DNA of 63,218 bases, the filler included, from Basidiobolus ranarum (taxonomy: Eukaryota), in NCBI GenBank assembly GCA_040143965.1. It is 13 parts of 13 records of this genome, joined end to end, with 100 filler letters (N's around TTAATTAATTAA, not from the genome) between each part and the next. Parts side by side here need not be neighbours in the genome. Positions count along the whole stretch, not along the records: positions 1 to 4,787 come from JASJQH010001830.1; positions 4,888 to 9,668 come from JASJQH010001831.1; positions 9,769 to 14,547 come from JASJQH010001832.1; 10 more parts are not named here. One strand, given 5' to 3'. Made by a program: the position numbers and the translations under genes. Below are positions 1 to 12,278 of the stretch, piece after piece. The first letter of the stretch is position 1. Each line of letters begins with the position of its first letter. The notes under the pieces were generated by a model. The model was not told the DNA's origin. It ran no database searches and saw only the letters and a list, made by a program, of their open reading frames with translations.

Positions 1-3000
1 AATTTTCACTATTTTCTCAAAACTTATCCAAATCACCTCAAATTTTCACCCATGCTTAACAGGCATGTTTGTTATGATCTAAGCATGTCCAATAGTCCTT
101 TTTCATAGTAAACTATAAATAGGACATATTTGATTTAATAAAACTTAAGTGTCAAATTCACAAATCCAAACCTAGTCCAAAACACTTCCAAATCCCCTTA
201 ATACTTCTATTAGGTTATGAGCCCCAAGCTCGCTGTCACAAGAAAATCTACCAGTACTATTACCTACCTTTTTTAATCCAGAGAGTAGTCTGATGGTGAA
301 GACTTTCACTTCAGAAAGTTCAAGATGCAAATGGTGCCACAAGACAAGGACCTTTAGGGTTTTGTTGCAGGAGAAGAAACAGAGCCAAAAGGACTAACAG
401 AATCTATTCTTGCCTTTCACAAGAAGCAGAGGAAAGCCCTCTCTAAACTTTGTCGACATCTCCCACACTCTCAATTGAGGAATACACACTCAGCAAAGGA
501 CATCTAAATAGCTTGAGAACCACTTGAGGGACAACATGGGAATAAAAGTCTGGCTAATAGGCTACATATTAGGCAAGAATGACTCTACATTCAGATGAAT
601 TCTGATAATTCCTAACCAAAGATTACGGAAAAAGGATTTTTGCCAAAAAGCTAAAATTGGAACAGGAACATCAAGTATGTATTGATAGAAAACATCTATA
701 CATGTCTATTCTTTCAGTAACCATTGAAGAAGACTCACAAATGTGCTACATTGGTTCAGGAGCTTTGTAGCATATGTTAAACAAGAAAGATTGGTTTTCT
801 AGCTTAAAAGCACATCCAAACAATGAAAGTCTACTCAGGTAAAGACTATGCACTAGATGCAGTTGGTTAGGGCTCATTTGTGCTCAATATGTTGCAAAAT
901 TCAGCTACACTATCTGCAAAATGGAATGATGTACTCTATGTACCAAATATAGTCAATAATCTACTCTGAGTAAGCCTAGCAATAACTGAAGGACTAAATT
1001 TTGTGGTCAAAAAGGCTAGATGCACTATCCTATATCACAACAAAACCAAGTTAGCTACTGGTATTGAAACTGAAAACTTATTTAAGCTAGAAACCAATAA
1101 ATAGCATCCCAAGCATGCAAACTTGGCCAAAACTGGTGAAAAAAGCTGTTAATCATGACCTAGAAGATTGGGCTACATTCAGGAGCAAAAACCTACCCAA
1201 ATGGTCTATAATCAGCTTGTTTTATGCTTAGAAATTGAAATTAGCACCACATTGTATTTGTATGAAGGTTGCATGAATGAAGAACATCACAGACATTATT
1301 TTCTAGCTATGGGGAGATCAAATCCAATCAAACTCTTGCCCTGATTCATCCTTTCCTATGTTGGCCCATGAACAGTGTTTCACTAGGTAGCAAAAGGTAC
1401 TTATTACTTTTATTGAAGACAAAATAAGATATACTTTAATATTCTTTCCCAAATCATAATCTAAAGCCTTAGCTAAACTGAAGCATTGCAAAGCAATAGC
1501 AGAGAAAGAAACAGCGCAAAATAAAAGGGTACTGATGAGTGATAATGGTGGAGAATACTTCTCTTAAGACCTTGCTAGTTTTTGTTTAAACATGGAATTA
1601 AGCAACAAACTACCATACCTTTAACTCCATAGCAAAATGGAGTTGCAGTACATGCTTATTGGTTCATAGTGGAGATGGCAATCTCCTTATTACATTATCA
1701 AAAGTTGGATCACCAATATTTGGCTGGATCTGTCTGCATTACAGTCCATATCAAAAATAGATACCCACAGATTGCTATAAAATTCATCTCCATTTGAAGA
1801 CCTGTATGGATCAAAACCAAGTGTGGGTGATCTCAAGGTCTTTGGATGCACAGCATATTGGCTCATTCCAGCTCATAAATGCTCTAAGTTGGAACCCAAA
1901 ATCAGAAAATGCATATTTCTAGGATACTGTGTTGGATCTAATGCCCACATACTACTTGATACCAAAAATCAGCAGTTTAATAAGTTCAGATATATGATTG
2001 TTGATGAAAATGCAAATGTTTAACCTCAAATTATAGTTATGAATCTGGAATCATAGTCAGCACTATTCAGGAAGTGTCCAAAGAGATTCCAGCTGTATCT
2101 GAGCCCAATTCAACTAAAATAACAGCTCCAATTACATTAGAGGATTTGTTCAGGCCCTAGAAGATCATTCAGAAGGAGCAATAAGTCAAGACATTAGTGG
2201 AGCACTTCTAATAATGATGTCTATGCTTATACTTCATTTGGTGACAAGCTACAGACTACAGATCAAGCTCTGGAGAGTCCAGAATCAGAATTATGATTAA
2301 AAGCAATGCCTGATGAATTTTCTTTAATTCAGGAATATAAACATGGGTTTTAAGTCCTCAATCAGCAGGGAAAAAGTCAAAAGGTTGCAAATGGGTCTAC
2401 AGAGTCAAAAAGTGAGCCAATGGTACCAAAAAGAGGTACCAAGCAACATTAGTTGGCAATGGTCATCCCCAGACTCTAGGAGTTGATTTTAATGAAACTT
2501 TTGTTCCAGTCTAGTTCTAGAATACTCTGACATTTCCGGTGTACAAATTGTTTAAGGCTAAAGTGATGCTGACTGGGGAGGAAACCTTGAAGATAGTAGA
2601 TCAACAACTAGGTACACATTTCTCTATGGTAATGGAGCTAAACCTTGGAATAGTAAGAAGCAACCAACCATAGCACCTTCCACTACAGAAGCAGAGTGCC
2701 AGGCTGCCTCTACTTCTACACAAGAGGCTGTGTGGTAAAAGAAGTTTTTACAGACTTAGGATTCATGCATAAACATACTACTACTGTATTTGAAGCTAAT
2801 CAAAGTTAAATTTCATTAACTATAACCCTAAATTTCATGATAGAACAAAACATATACATATGAGGCATCACTTTGGTAGAGAAGCACTAGAGAATGATAT
2901 AATTGAACTTGTCTATTGCCCTATCTAAGTAATAATTGCTGATATCTTAATCAAACCATTAGCTCAAGCACAACTTCAATTATTTAGATATAAGTTAGGA

Positions 3001-3386
3001 TTAAAAAGAGTAAAAAAATTAGTTTAGGGGGAATGTGGAAATCAGATAAATAGCAACTCATTACTTAGTAGTTAGTTTATTCATATTATATTTATTTAAA
3101 ACACAATTCTGCCATTCAAAAAACATGTGCTTATTGCTCAGATTGATAGATATATCAAGCAGATCACTTTTAACAATTTTCAATATATTCTCAAAACTTC
3201 TTTAAATCACCTCAAATTTTCACCCATGCTTAACAGGCATGCTGGTTAGAAACTGAGCATGTCCAATAGCTCTATTTCATAGTAAACCTTAAATTACACA
3301 TATTCAATCCAACAAATCTTAAGTGTCCAATTCACAAATCCAAAACTTGCCCAAATCTCTGCCAATTCCCCTATATACTTTTATTA
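1..3386 (+). mobile_element. Degenerate, internally deleted Ty1/copia (Ty5/Hemivirus-type) LTR retrotransposon
   Basis: Partial 5' LTR at 1-212 matches 3175-3386 of the 3' LTR (3034-3386, starts TGTGG). PBS GGTTATGAGCCCC at 213; PPT TTAGGGGGAA just before 3034. Broken gag (DGEDFH..KFKMQM), protease, integrase (QNGVA, LKVFGCTAY..KLEPKIRKCIFLGY), RT start (KGCKWVYRVK) and RNase H (STTEAE, RTKHIHMRHH). Most of RT is deleted near 2520-2570; many stops and frameshifts. Confidence 0.92.
3034..3386 (+). repeat. copia 3' LTR (~353 bp)
   Basis: Follows the PPT. Homologous to 1-212, 32116-~32440, 33507-33855 and 36154-36505 (minus). Confidence 0.88.
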
Positions 3387-4787
3387 CCAACTCAAGTAAA
3401 CATGAAGCATCAATAAATATACATTGACCAGTGTTTTCCACTGGTACCAGATCTTCAGGATGCTGTACTTGAGCTACAGCAACATGATGATCCCTCTGTC
3501 CATTCTCATATGGGGTATCAATCAATCCCATACCATACATATGAACATCACTGTGAGAATATGGTGAAGCAGAATATGTGTTTGACCACTAAGCCTACAC
3601 AATAAACCAAATCTGCTTGGCCACATAAAAGTAGAAATCTCATAGAAAACCAGCAAACCAAAGGACTCTCAATGTCAGAGCTGCTGTCACTTACTCTGAT
3701 GATGAATGGTTTAACAATTTTGAAACTGTGTGGAAACTTGCCTTAAATCATCTTGATTTGAGTCAATTGTGGAAAAGCTTAAGACCAGACATTAATCAGA
3801 AGATTTTTGACTTATTTCATGTTGCATATCCTGGGTTTGTGCAAGCAAATGGCAATAGGGCTCATATGGGCCTATTCATGAAACATCTCAAAAATGTATA
3901 GAATTATCAACTGGGAAAAGAAAGAAAAGCAGTTACCAAAGTATTCAAGGTGCAGGAAGTTAGTTAACACAAGGGAAATGCAAAAGAGAAGGTGATTTGG
4001 CTCACTTGTTTGACTTACCAAGTACTTTACACTATTACAATAGTCTGTATTTCCAGAGTCAGATATGTCCACAGATATACTGGCAAAAACTCTTGATTAT
4101 ACTATGCTATGAAGTTGACCAGCTGGAAGAGTGCAAAAGTAGGTTGTTAATCTAACACATGGCACCTATCAACAAGACAAAATACCAGCAAATAAAACTT
4201 ATGGCTCCTTAACCTCAACTGGTACATTAGAAAGTGTTGAAATTAAAGCAAAACTTAAAGGCAAGAAAAAGGCTGGTCAAATGCTGCAAAGCATCCTGGG
4301 TAGTGTTGCACTACAAGAATGTATAAGAATAGTCAAACTGCTTGAAGAGTATTTTCAAAAGTATGAAGGGAGAAAAGCAATTCAAGTATGCAGCGAGTGG
4401 CTTAGAAGCAGAACATTCAATATGACATTCAGTCTGGTGTAGACCATGCAGTAATATGGGAAGAATGCAATACAGAGTGCTCAATATAGCCAGGTATCTG
4501 CCAGATAGCTGGAAGAATATTGATTCTGCAATGTTAATGCAATGGGGAGCTTAGATGGTGATAGTGACACAAACTTGTGTTGGGTATGAGCTAAACCTTG
4601 GGTATGAAGAACTCTATAAAAATATTCAGGAGAATATATGAAAGAGAGTACGGATTTCAAAGGTGACAAATTAGCGTTCAAGTGGTAATTGTGTAAAATT
4701 TGAGTTATGTTTTTTGCACATGTGTTGATCCATAGTTCTCTGAGATTTTAGCCAATCATTCGCAACTATTTTGCGAGATCTTGAAAT
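3387..4787 (-). mobile_element. Degenerate CMC/EnSpm transposon arm (accessory-ORF region running to the terminal segment), interrupted by the copia element
   Basis: Homologous to 46610-47640 (same orientation) and, inverted, to 45490-46330. 4680-4787 is the reverse complement of the terminal segment seen at 14178, 25941, 45363 and 63080. Confidence 0.75.
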
Positions 4788-4887
4788 NNNNNNNNNNNNN
4801 NNNNNNNNNNNNNNNNNNNNNNNNNNNNNNNTTAATTAATTAANNNNNNNNNNNNNNNNNNNNNNNNNNNNNNNNNNNNNNNNNNNN
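4788..4887. other. Artificial contig spacer. Same spacer at 9669, 14548, 19425, 24299, 29172, 34044, 38915, 43785, 48650, 53513, 58370.
   Basis: 44 N + TTAATTAATTAA (stops in all frames) + 44 N. Flanking segment lengths fall monotonically from 4787 to 4749 bp. Confidence 0.98.
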
Positions 4888-6712
4888 CTTGTGTTTTATG
4901 AATCATCATTTCGCGATGATCTTTACCCGCCATGCTCTTGAGGGTGCATGTTTTGTTTAATAAATCTCATCCAAACTCACGATCACCAATCGTTAAACTA
5001 GATTCAACTGCCGTGGTAGGATCTCATCACGATAGTGGGCGTAGATTGTTCAATGGCAAATAGTCAAAATCCTGGAGAAATCCGATCCTTTCACATAGTA
5101 ACCACTCTCTCTTGGAGATTCGTATGTTCTTGTTTGAGCAGTATTGGTCAACATCTAAGGATCCAGATGAGTATGTGGTACAGTGAATCTGACATCTGTA
5201 TAGTGGGGGCATCAGTCGAGCTTGATTGAGAGCTTACAGTTGTCTAATCGTGGCAATCTACATGCTTGGTAATGGATACCCCTCAAAAATGACGCAGCCA
5301 CAAGACCATCGGTGCCAATATTAGAAGTGACTCTTATTTCAAAATTGGACCTAATCATATAAGGCTACTGCCCTATCATGATTTTTGGAAAGGCCAAGTC
5401 AGACCAACGGTGAGCTATATCTCCAGAGTGCGGCTGTATTGCCTGAAACTACCTGATCTACTTTTCTACGACTCAATTTACGTTTCATATTGGTCTACAG
5501 TAGACTAGGTAAAATGTTATAGTTACTGCTATTATCCTTAAATCAACTCGTATAGCCAGATTTATTGCGATAATGGATGAGACACTTGCCCAGAATAGGC
5601 GTCAAGACCGTTTGGCAGACTCATGGAAGAGCAGTGGCTTGCAACCTAGAGTAGGTTGTTATAGTGGAGTTTTATTTACATGTATATACTGACCAAAGAA
5701 GTTGGGACTTTTGGGTATCCACAATTGAACTTCTTGGAAAGCTGGTTGCCAGTGTTCCAAACTAATCTTATGCACACGCATAGAAATTAGAAGCATTAAA
5801 TGCTAATGAAGAAAGCCAGGGCTTGATATCTGTGTTGGTGCGTTTAAGCCTGATTCATTAATGGAAACATTACAAATAAACAGTGTCTCAGAAGGTAGTC
5901 ATTCTATATCTTACTATGTTAATGTTGAAGGAAGAAATTTGCTAGTATGTCGATGAAAATCCGAGACACTATGTTTTAGACATGGGATTCTGACAATAAT
6001 GGTTTCTACAAGGTTCCAGCTATTTTGCGATGCATCCATGAAGTTGTTGAGTTTTCCGGAGTAATCAACAGGTTTTTTAGAGTTTGACACTACTCTTGGC
6101 ATAACTGTTTACTATGGCGAATCGTCTTGATCGACGATAAAATAGTACATTCAAGGTACTATGCAACAGGAAATCCACCCAAAACCTACCACTCTTCAGG
6201 CAGATCTATCTCGCATAGCAGGTTGTGTATCGTTTGGACCACTCGCTGTAAGCGGTTACATCTTGAAAATCTAGAACGGCATTGATGGGCCAGTGACACA
6301 CCGATATCACTAGAGCCGGCTTGTACTACTTTCCTAGTGTTGAGGGCTAATCGGCCTGGTGCTAATGACGATAAGGTCGTAACTGAAGAATTAAGTACTA
6401 TGCCTCGAGTACAGACTATTATCCCATCCACAGCCAAGTAACAAAATGTTCTGAAGTATGCAAGACTATTGAAGAGACAATAGGCATGGCGTCTTCATGG
6501 CCAAGCAATCCAAATTTTCTCATGGTACTGAATCGATTAGATAATAGTGTGAGACAATGCCAGTTACCACACTGTCCGATAAATACATAGATAGTGTAAA
6601 TCTTCATGTTGTAGGTAGCCTGGGAAAAATCTCAACACGTGATGCGATTAGTCATTACCACTCATATAAATAAGAGCATAAAGGTATGTGATTTGGCTGA
6701 AATCTTTGAAGC

Positions 6713-8165
6713 ATGACTGTGATTGTTATAGGTGCTGGTGTTATTGGACTGACGAGTGCTCTTGTTCTTCAAAGAGAAGGATACAAGGTTCACATAGTTG
6801 CCGCTCAACTACCAGGCGAATTCCATCCTGATTATACAAGTCCTTGGGCCGGTGCGAATTGGCATAGTTTCGCCGAAAAAAATGACCTGCTGCAGCAAGG
6901 TACGTCTTGTTTGAGTACACTATTTAAGATAGAGGTATATTAATACATCTGATTCTAGAATTTGATGCCAAAACATTGCAAAAATTTAAAGAATTGGAGG
7001 AAATTCCCGAAGCAGGAATTATGAGTATCGTAGGAAGAGACTATTATGAAAGCAAACCTAGCGATTGGTGCGATCCCTGGTTTTCTAATACTTTAGGGGT
7101 AAGTGAACCTTACATGATAATTTAGTGTAAGTATGAGATTTAAGCATGTTATGTTTAGTACCGTAACCTGGACATATCTGAACTACCTGAAAAAGTGGTG
7201 TTTGGCTATGAATTCAATACTGGTATGTATAGAGTTGACAATATCATGAATTTTCAGCACTCTGAAGAACTTCTGATAAAACAGTGTGTGTAAATACGCA
7301 ACAATACCTTGTTTGGCTCCAGAAACGCTTTGAAGAAAATGGAGGAACAATTGAGCAACGCAAACTCGAAGATATTCGTGACGCATTCGAGATTGATGAT
7401 CACGTGAGTGCGGTTATCAATTGTACAGGACTTCAGGCAAGGTACCTGGGCGGAGTGAAGGATAACCTGGTATACCCAACCCGAGGTCAAATTGTGATCG
7501 TGGATGCTCCGCAAGTTAATGCAACTGTAATTCGATTTGGTGTATCTGAGATAACATATATCATTCCACGAAACAACGGCCATGTTATTCTCGGAGGAAC
7601 TATGCAAGCATACAACAGGCAAAGAACGACATGATACATTTGTTGTTACTCTTTCACCAACCATTTCTTTTATTGATTTCAGTGATGAAAAGTATGACGA
7701 AGCTACAGCCAAGCAGATTATGGAGCGTGCATGCAAAACAGATCCTCAGTTAGGAGCACCTGAGAATCTGAAAATTGTCAAGCATTGTGTTGGGTTCCGA
7801 CCAAGCAGAAAAGGAGGAATCCGTATTGAAAGTCAACTACATGGTAAGTGAAAAGACAATGGAAAGAGTGAACATAGAGTTTGTGAGGATGTACACTAAG
7901 CCAAATGATTCTATTGAATAGCCCATCAGGGACGTAACATCATTGTTTGCCACCATTATGGACACGGATCTTATGGTAAGTCGGTGTACTATGTGAAGTA
8001 GTGCCGGGTTTAAAAGCCTTCGTAGAGTAGTCTTGGCAGTCAGTATTAATCGAGTAACTTTATTCAGGTTATCAAAGCAGCTGGGGCTCGGCTGAACATA
8101 TGTTGAAAACCTTCAAAGAGACAGAGCAGGATCTCAATCAACGCACATTACTACCTAAATTATGA
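6713..8165 (+). CDS. DAO1: D-amino-acid oxidase (FAD-dependent, probably peroxisomal), 7 exons
   Basis: [14 protein letters not shown] motif, [62 protein letters not shown]-terminal PKL (PTS1-like). Approximate exons: 6713-6899, 6959-7098, 7159-7222, 7285-7618, 7683-7843, 7922-7975, 8068-8165. Confidence 0.92.
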
Positions 8166-8927
8166 CCAATAAAGCAAGTAACGTGTTAACAAATGAATTG
8201 CCAACAAGAACTTAGAGTGATAAACCTCTGCATAGAACATCCTATAACAAGAAGGCAATCATGAGTTCTGCGTCAAGTACAACACTATGTATGAGGGTTA
8301 GGAACCGTTTTTTGTTACTACCCATGCAAGTCGGTGATGTCCAAAACTATGATCTAGTGACGATTTTATGCTGTATTTTTTTACTCCAATATATCAAATG
8401 CATGCACCTCTATAAAACCATCGTAATTTTGACCATTCTGCAAGTGGTTCACAATGACTCCCAAAGTTATACAAGTAGCACCTCTTCAACGAAACTAGAC
8501 ATGTTGAAATATAGATACAGAACATTGATTGATTCATGACGTTTTAGGTAACCAGTGTTTGGTATGATAGTAAACCAACCAATTTTCCGAACGTACTGCC
8601 AGATGAATGCTTTTTGACTGTGTTTTGCATCGCATAATCATTTTCAAGAGTGGAGTGACTGGTTTCACACCTAATTGGTGATCTGGTGTTTGGTTTTAAT
8701 CCAAAGCTGTATTACTTTCCCATATACCAATTACTCATCCAGTGATTCCCATGTTACTCTTTTTCTGGAAATCCCCAAGTTTCAGAAGTCGTAATCGAGT
8801 CATGTTGAGTAAACTCCCACCTAGTCAAAGTTGTCAACGAAGTCTAATTTTCCCATATATAGCCAGGAAATTGGTGCCCGATATAAATAGGAAAACAAGT
8901 GAATAGGCTGATTGGAAATCTTTAAAT

Positions 8928-9668
8928 ATGTCAGTGATTGTTATAGGTGCTGGTGTTATTGGACTGACGAGTGCTCTAGTTCTACAGAGAGAAGGATACA
9001 AGGTTCATATAGTTGCCGACCATTTACCAGGGGAATTTCATCCCGATTACACCAGCCCTTGGGCAGGTGCCAACTGGAATAGCTTTGCTGAAAAAGATGA
9101 TTGTAAATTGCATGGTAGGTCTTTGTTGCTTGCTTAATTACTACTTAATTATTGAAATACTAAAGCAGGAATGTTTTGTAGAATTTGAAAAAATCGCTTT
9201 TAATAGATTCAAGGAATTGGAGAAGTTCCCAGAAGCAGGAATTAAAAGTTTCTTAGGAATCAATTATTATGATAAAAAACCTAGCGATTGGTGTGCTCCT
9301 TGGTTTTCCACATTTTCCAAAGAAGTATTCGCTATCTAAACTATTATTACTTCATTGAGCTATAATACTAATTTTGTCTGCTCCTGTTTTTAGTATAGTA
9401 ACATGGATAGCTCCAAACTACCTGATGGTGTAGAGTTCGGGTTTGAATTTCAGACACGTGAGTATACAATTGTCAATTCTATATTATTATTTCATCTTTT
9501 AATCTTTCTCTTGATGAGATAGTGTGCGTGAATACTCAACAATACCTTGTTTGGCTTCAGAAACGCTTTGAAGAAAATGGAGGAACAATTGAGCAACGCA
9601 AACTCGAAGATATTCGTGACGCATTCGAGATTGATGATCACGTGAGTGCGGTTATCAATTGTACAGGA
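8928..9668 (+). CDS. DAO1: D-amino-acid oxidase paralog 2, 3'-truncated by contig end
   Basis: Same N-terminal motifs and intron positions as the 6713 copy; the two lie in tandem. Confidence 0.9.
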
Positions 9669-9768
9669 NNNNNNNNNNNNNNNNNNNNNNNNNNNNNNNN
9701 NNNNNNNNNNNNTTAATTAATTAANNNNNNNNNNNNNNNNNNNNNNNNNNNNNNNNNNNNNNNNNNNN

Positions 9769-11948
9769 CTGGATGTACTGCACTTGGTGAATCCACACTC
9801 GGCTTATTGACCGTAATCGATCCAAATGTACGGCTGAGGTTACCGATCACCAACCCACAAGTGTCCGGTCTAGCTTCAAATCATCTCGCGTATGTAATTT
9901 ATACTTCTGGCTCTACGGGTATTCCCAAAGGTGTGATGATTGAGCATAGAGGAGTAGTGCATCTCGCATTGGCGCAGCCAACGTATCTAGGGATTGATCC
10001 ATCCAGCCGAATTTTGCAATTTGCCTCCATCAGTTTCGATGCTAGTGTTTGGGAAATATTTATGGCACTAGGCTGTGGTGCTAGCTTGTATCTGCCACCC
10101 GGTAATGTTCGTCGTGATCGATATGAACTGTGGAATTATTTAGGAAAAAATGAGATAACGCACGTGACATTACCACCTACACTGCTTCAAAATGGCGAGG
10201 ATTTGCCTAAACTGAATACACGTCTGACATTGATCTTGGCAGGCGAAGCGATCAATACTTCCTTACTTCAAAAATTGATCCAGAACTATATTATAATCAA
10301 TGGCTATGGGCCAACAGAAACAACTGTTTGCGCTACTACATGGCGCTGTTCTGATGACTTAAGTAAGGAGATGATCGTTCCCATCGGCAAACCTATCGCA
10401 GATACACGTATCTATCTATTAGATATTCATGGCCAATTAGTTCCGTTCGGTGCAATAGGAGAAATATATATTGGAGGCTCCGGTATTGCTCGTGGTTATC
10501 TGAATCACCCTGAGTTGACCGCTGAACGCTTCCTCCGCGATCCATTCAGCAGCCGGGAAGACGCTCGTATGTATAAGACAGGCGACTTCGCTCGTTACGA
10601 TCCAGATGGAAATGTGATATTCCTGGGGCGAAAAGATCAGCAGATAAAAATACGCGGTTTCAGGATCGAACCTGGTGAGATCGAAGCTCACTTGATCGAG
10701 AATCCCCTGGTGCATCAAGTAGCTGTGACTGCGTTAGGTACGGATATCGATAGGAGATTGATTGCGTACTTAGTGGCTGAGTTCGATGGACAGCTTGCTC
10801 GTAAATTACGTGAATACCTCACAGCCAGGATCCCAGAGTTCATGGTACCAGTAGCCTATGTGAGAATTAATGCTCTCCCGCTGACTCCCAACGGTAAGCT
10901 TGATCTCCGAGCACTTCCAGTGCCAAATGCTGAAGCATTCTCCAGAAACACATATGAGGTACCGCGAGGTGAGATTGAAATTGCGCTAGCTGGAATTTGG
11001 AATGAAGTGCTTAATATCGGACATATCAGCCGTTACGACAACTTTTTTTCGCTTGGTGGGCATTCACTTCTCGCTTTAAAGATGATTAGTCGTATTGGTA
11101 CTATATTAGGCCTCGAAATCGCTCTCCGCACGGTATTTGAAGCTCCCACATTGACCGAATTGGCTTGCCATTTACTAAAGTCTGGCGTCACCAATAATGA
11201 CTCGTTTGCTATTTTACTTCCTCTCAAACCAAGTGGCTCTCGCTCTCCACTTTTCTGTGTACACCCTTTTATGGGCCTGAGTTGGAGCTATATCGGCCTA
11301 TCGAGATATGTAAACGTCGAGCAACCAATCTATGGACTCCAAGCCCGTGGACTCAACGGTATTCCCCCATTTGCGAAATCAATCGACGCTATGGCATCAG
11401 ATTATATTAAGCATGTTCGCCAAATTCAGCCCAGAGGGCCTTACTATCTACTAGGCTGGTCATTTGGGGGCAAAGTTGCTTTTACTATGGCAACACAACT
11501 TGAACAGCAAGGCGAAAGAGTGTCTCTCTTAGTTTTGTTAGATTGTACTCCAAATCATTCTCCGCAAAGCCATGAACTGATGAATAGACAGAATTTAGAA
11601 CTCATCGATGGTCTTGCTAGTTACAGTGATGAAAAATCACCAGATTCGAGAGAATATGTACGAAAAATAACTCGAGACGTTATCAATAATAACAACTGTA
11701 TCGTAAAGAGTTTCTCACCACTCGTATATTCCGGAGATGTGCTCTTCTTTCGTGCCACGATAGCTCAAGACGAATCAGGTATAATATACTCTTCAGATTT
11801 GTGGAAACCTTATGTTCTTGGTAATATTGAGGTATACGACATCCACTACAAACACCAAGATCTAGATAGCCTCGCAGCTACTGCTGAATTTGGCCCTATT
11901 CTAGCCCAGAAACTCGATGAATATCAAAAAATACCAGAAACTCGATGA
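9769..11948 (+). CDS. Non-ribosomal peptide synthetase, terminal module (A-T-TE), 5'-truncated
   Basis: A-domain cores YTSGSTGIPKG, FDAS, NGYGPTE, GEIYIGGSGIARGYL, YKTGD, GRKDQQIKIRGFRIEPGEIE, NGKLD. PCP motif DNFFSLGGHSL; thioesterase GWSFGG. Intronless in this span. Confidence 0.95.
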
Positions 11949-12050
11949 ATATCAAAAAATACCAGAAACTCGATGAATATCAAACAAATAGTAAATCAAG
12001 ATCAGAGGTAATCAAGGACTCAAATCAAGATCAGAGCTAATCGAGGACTC
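11906..12050 (+). repeat. Two adjacent short tandem duplications (28-bp x3, 29-bp x2)
   Basis: CCAGAAACTCGATGAATATCAAAAAATA at 11906, 11934 and (variant) 11962. AAATCAAGATCAGAG(G/C)TAATC(A/G)AGGACTC at 11993 and 12022. Confidence 0.9.
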
Positions 12051-12278
12051 TATCTTAAGAGCGATATTCCTTTTCTGTGCGATGTTCATTTTTTAACTGT
12101 GTCAATAAGTCCTGACATAGTGGCTAATTAATCTCGAATAGTGCTCAATAGATTCCATAACAGGATTAATATATTTAAATAAGATTTCCAAGTCTATAGG
12201 ATTTAAGCCTATCTGACTTGCTCTTGCTTGATCATATTTAATTTTGTTTCTTCATTTCTTTCATCACTTCGGATACCG

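Noticed and set aside
4888-6620. Coding-like stretch with several short ORFs upstream of DAO
   Set aside because: No recognisable motif or consistent frame; may be an old pseudogene but cannot be supported.
11906-12050. CRISPR-like 28-29-bp repeats
   Set aside because: Head-to-tail with no spacers, overlapping a coding end; no cas genes; eukaryotic context.
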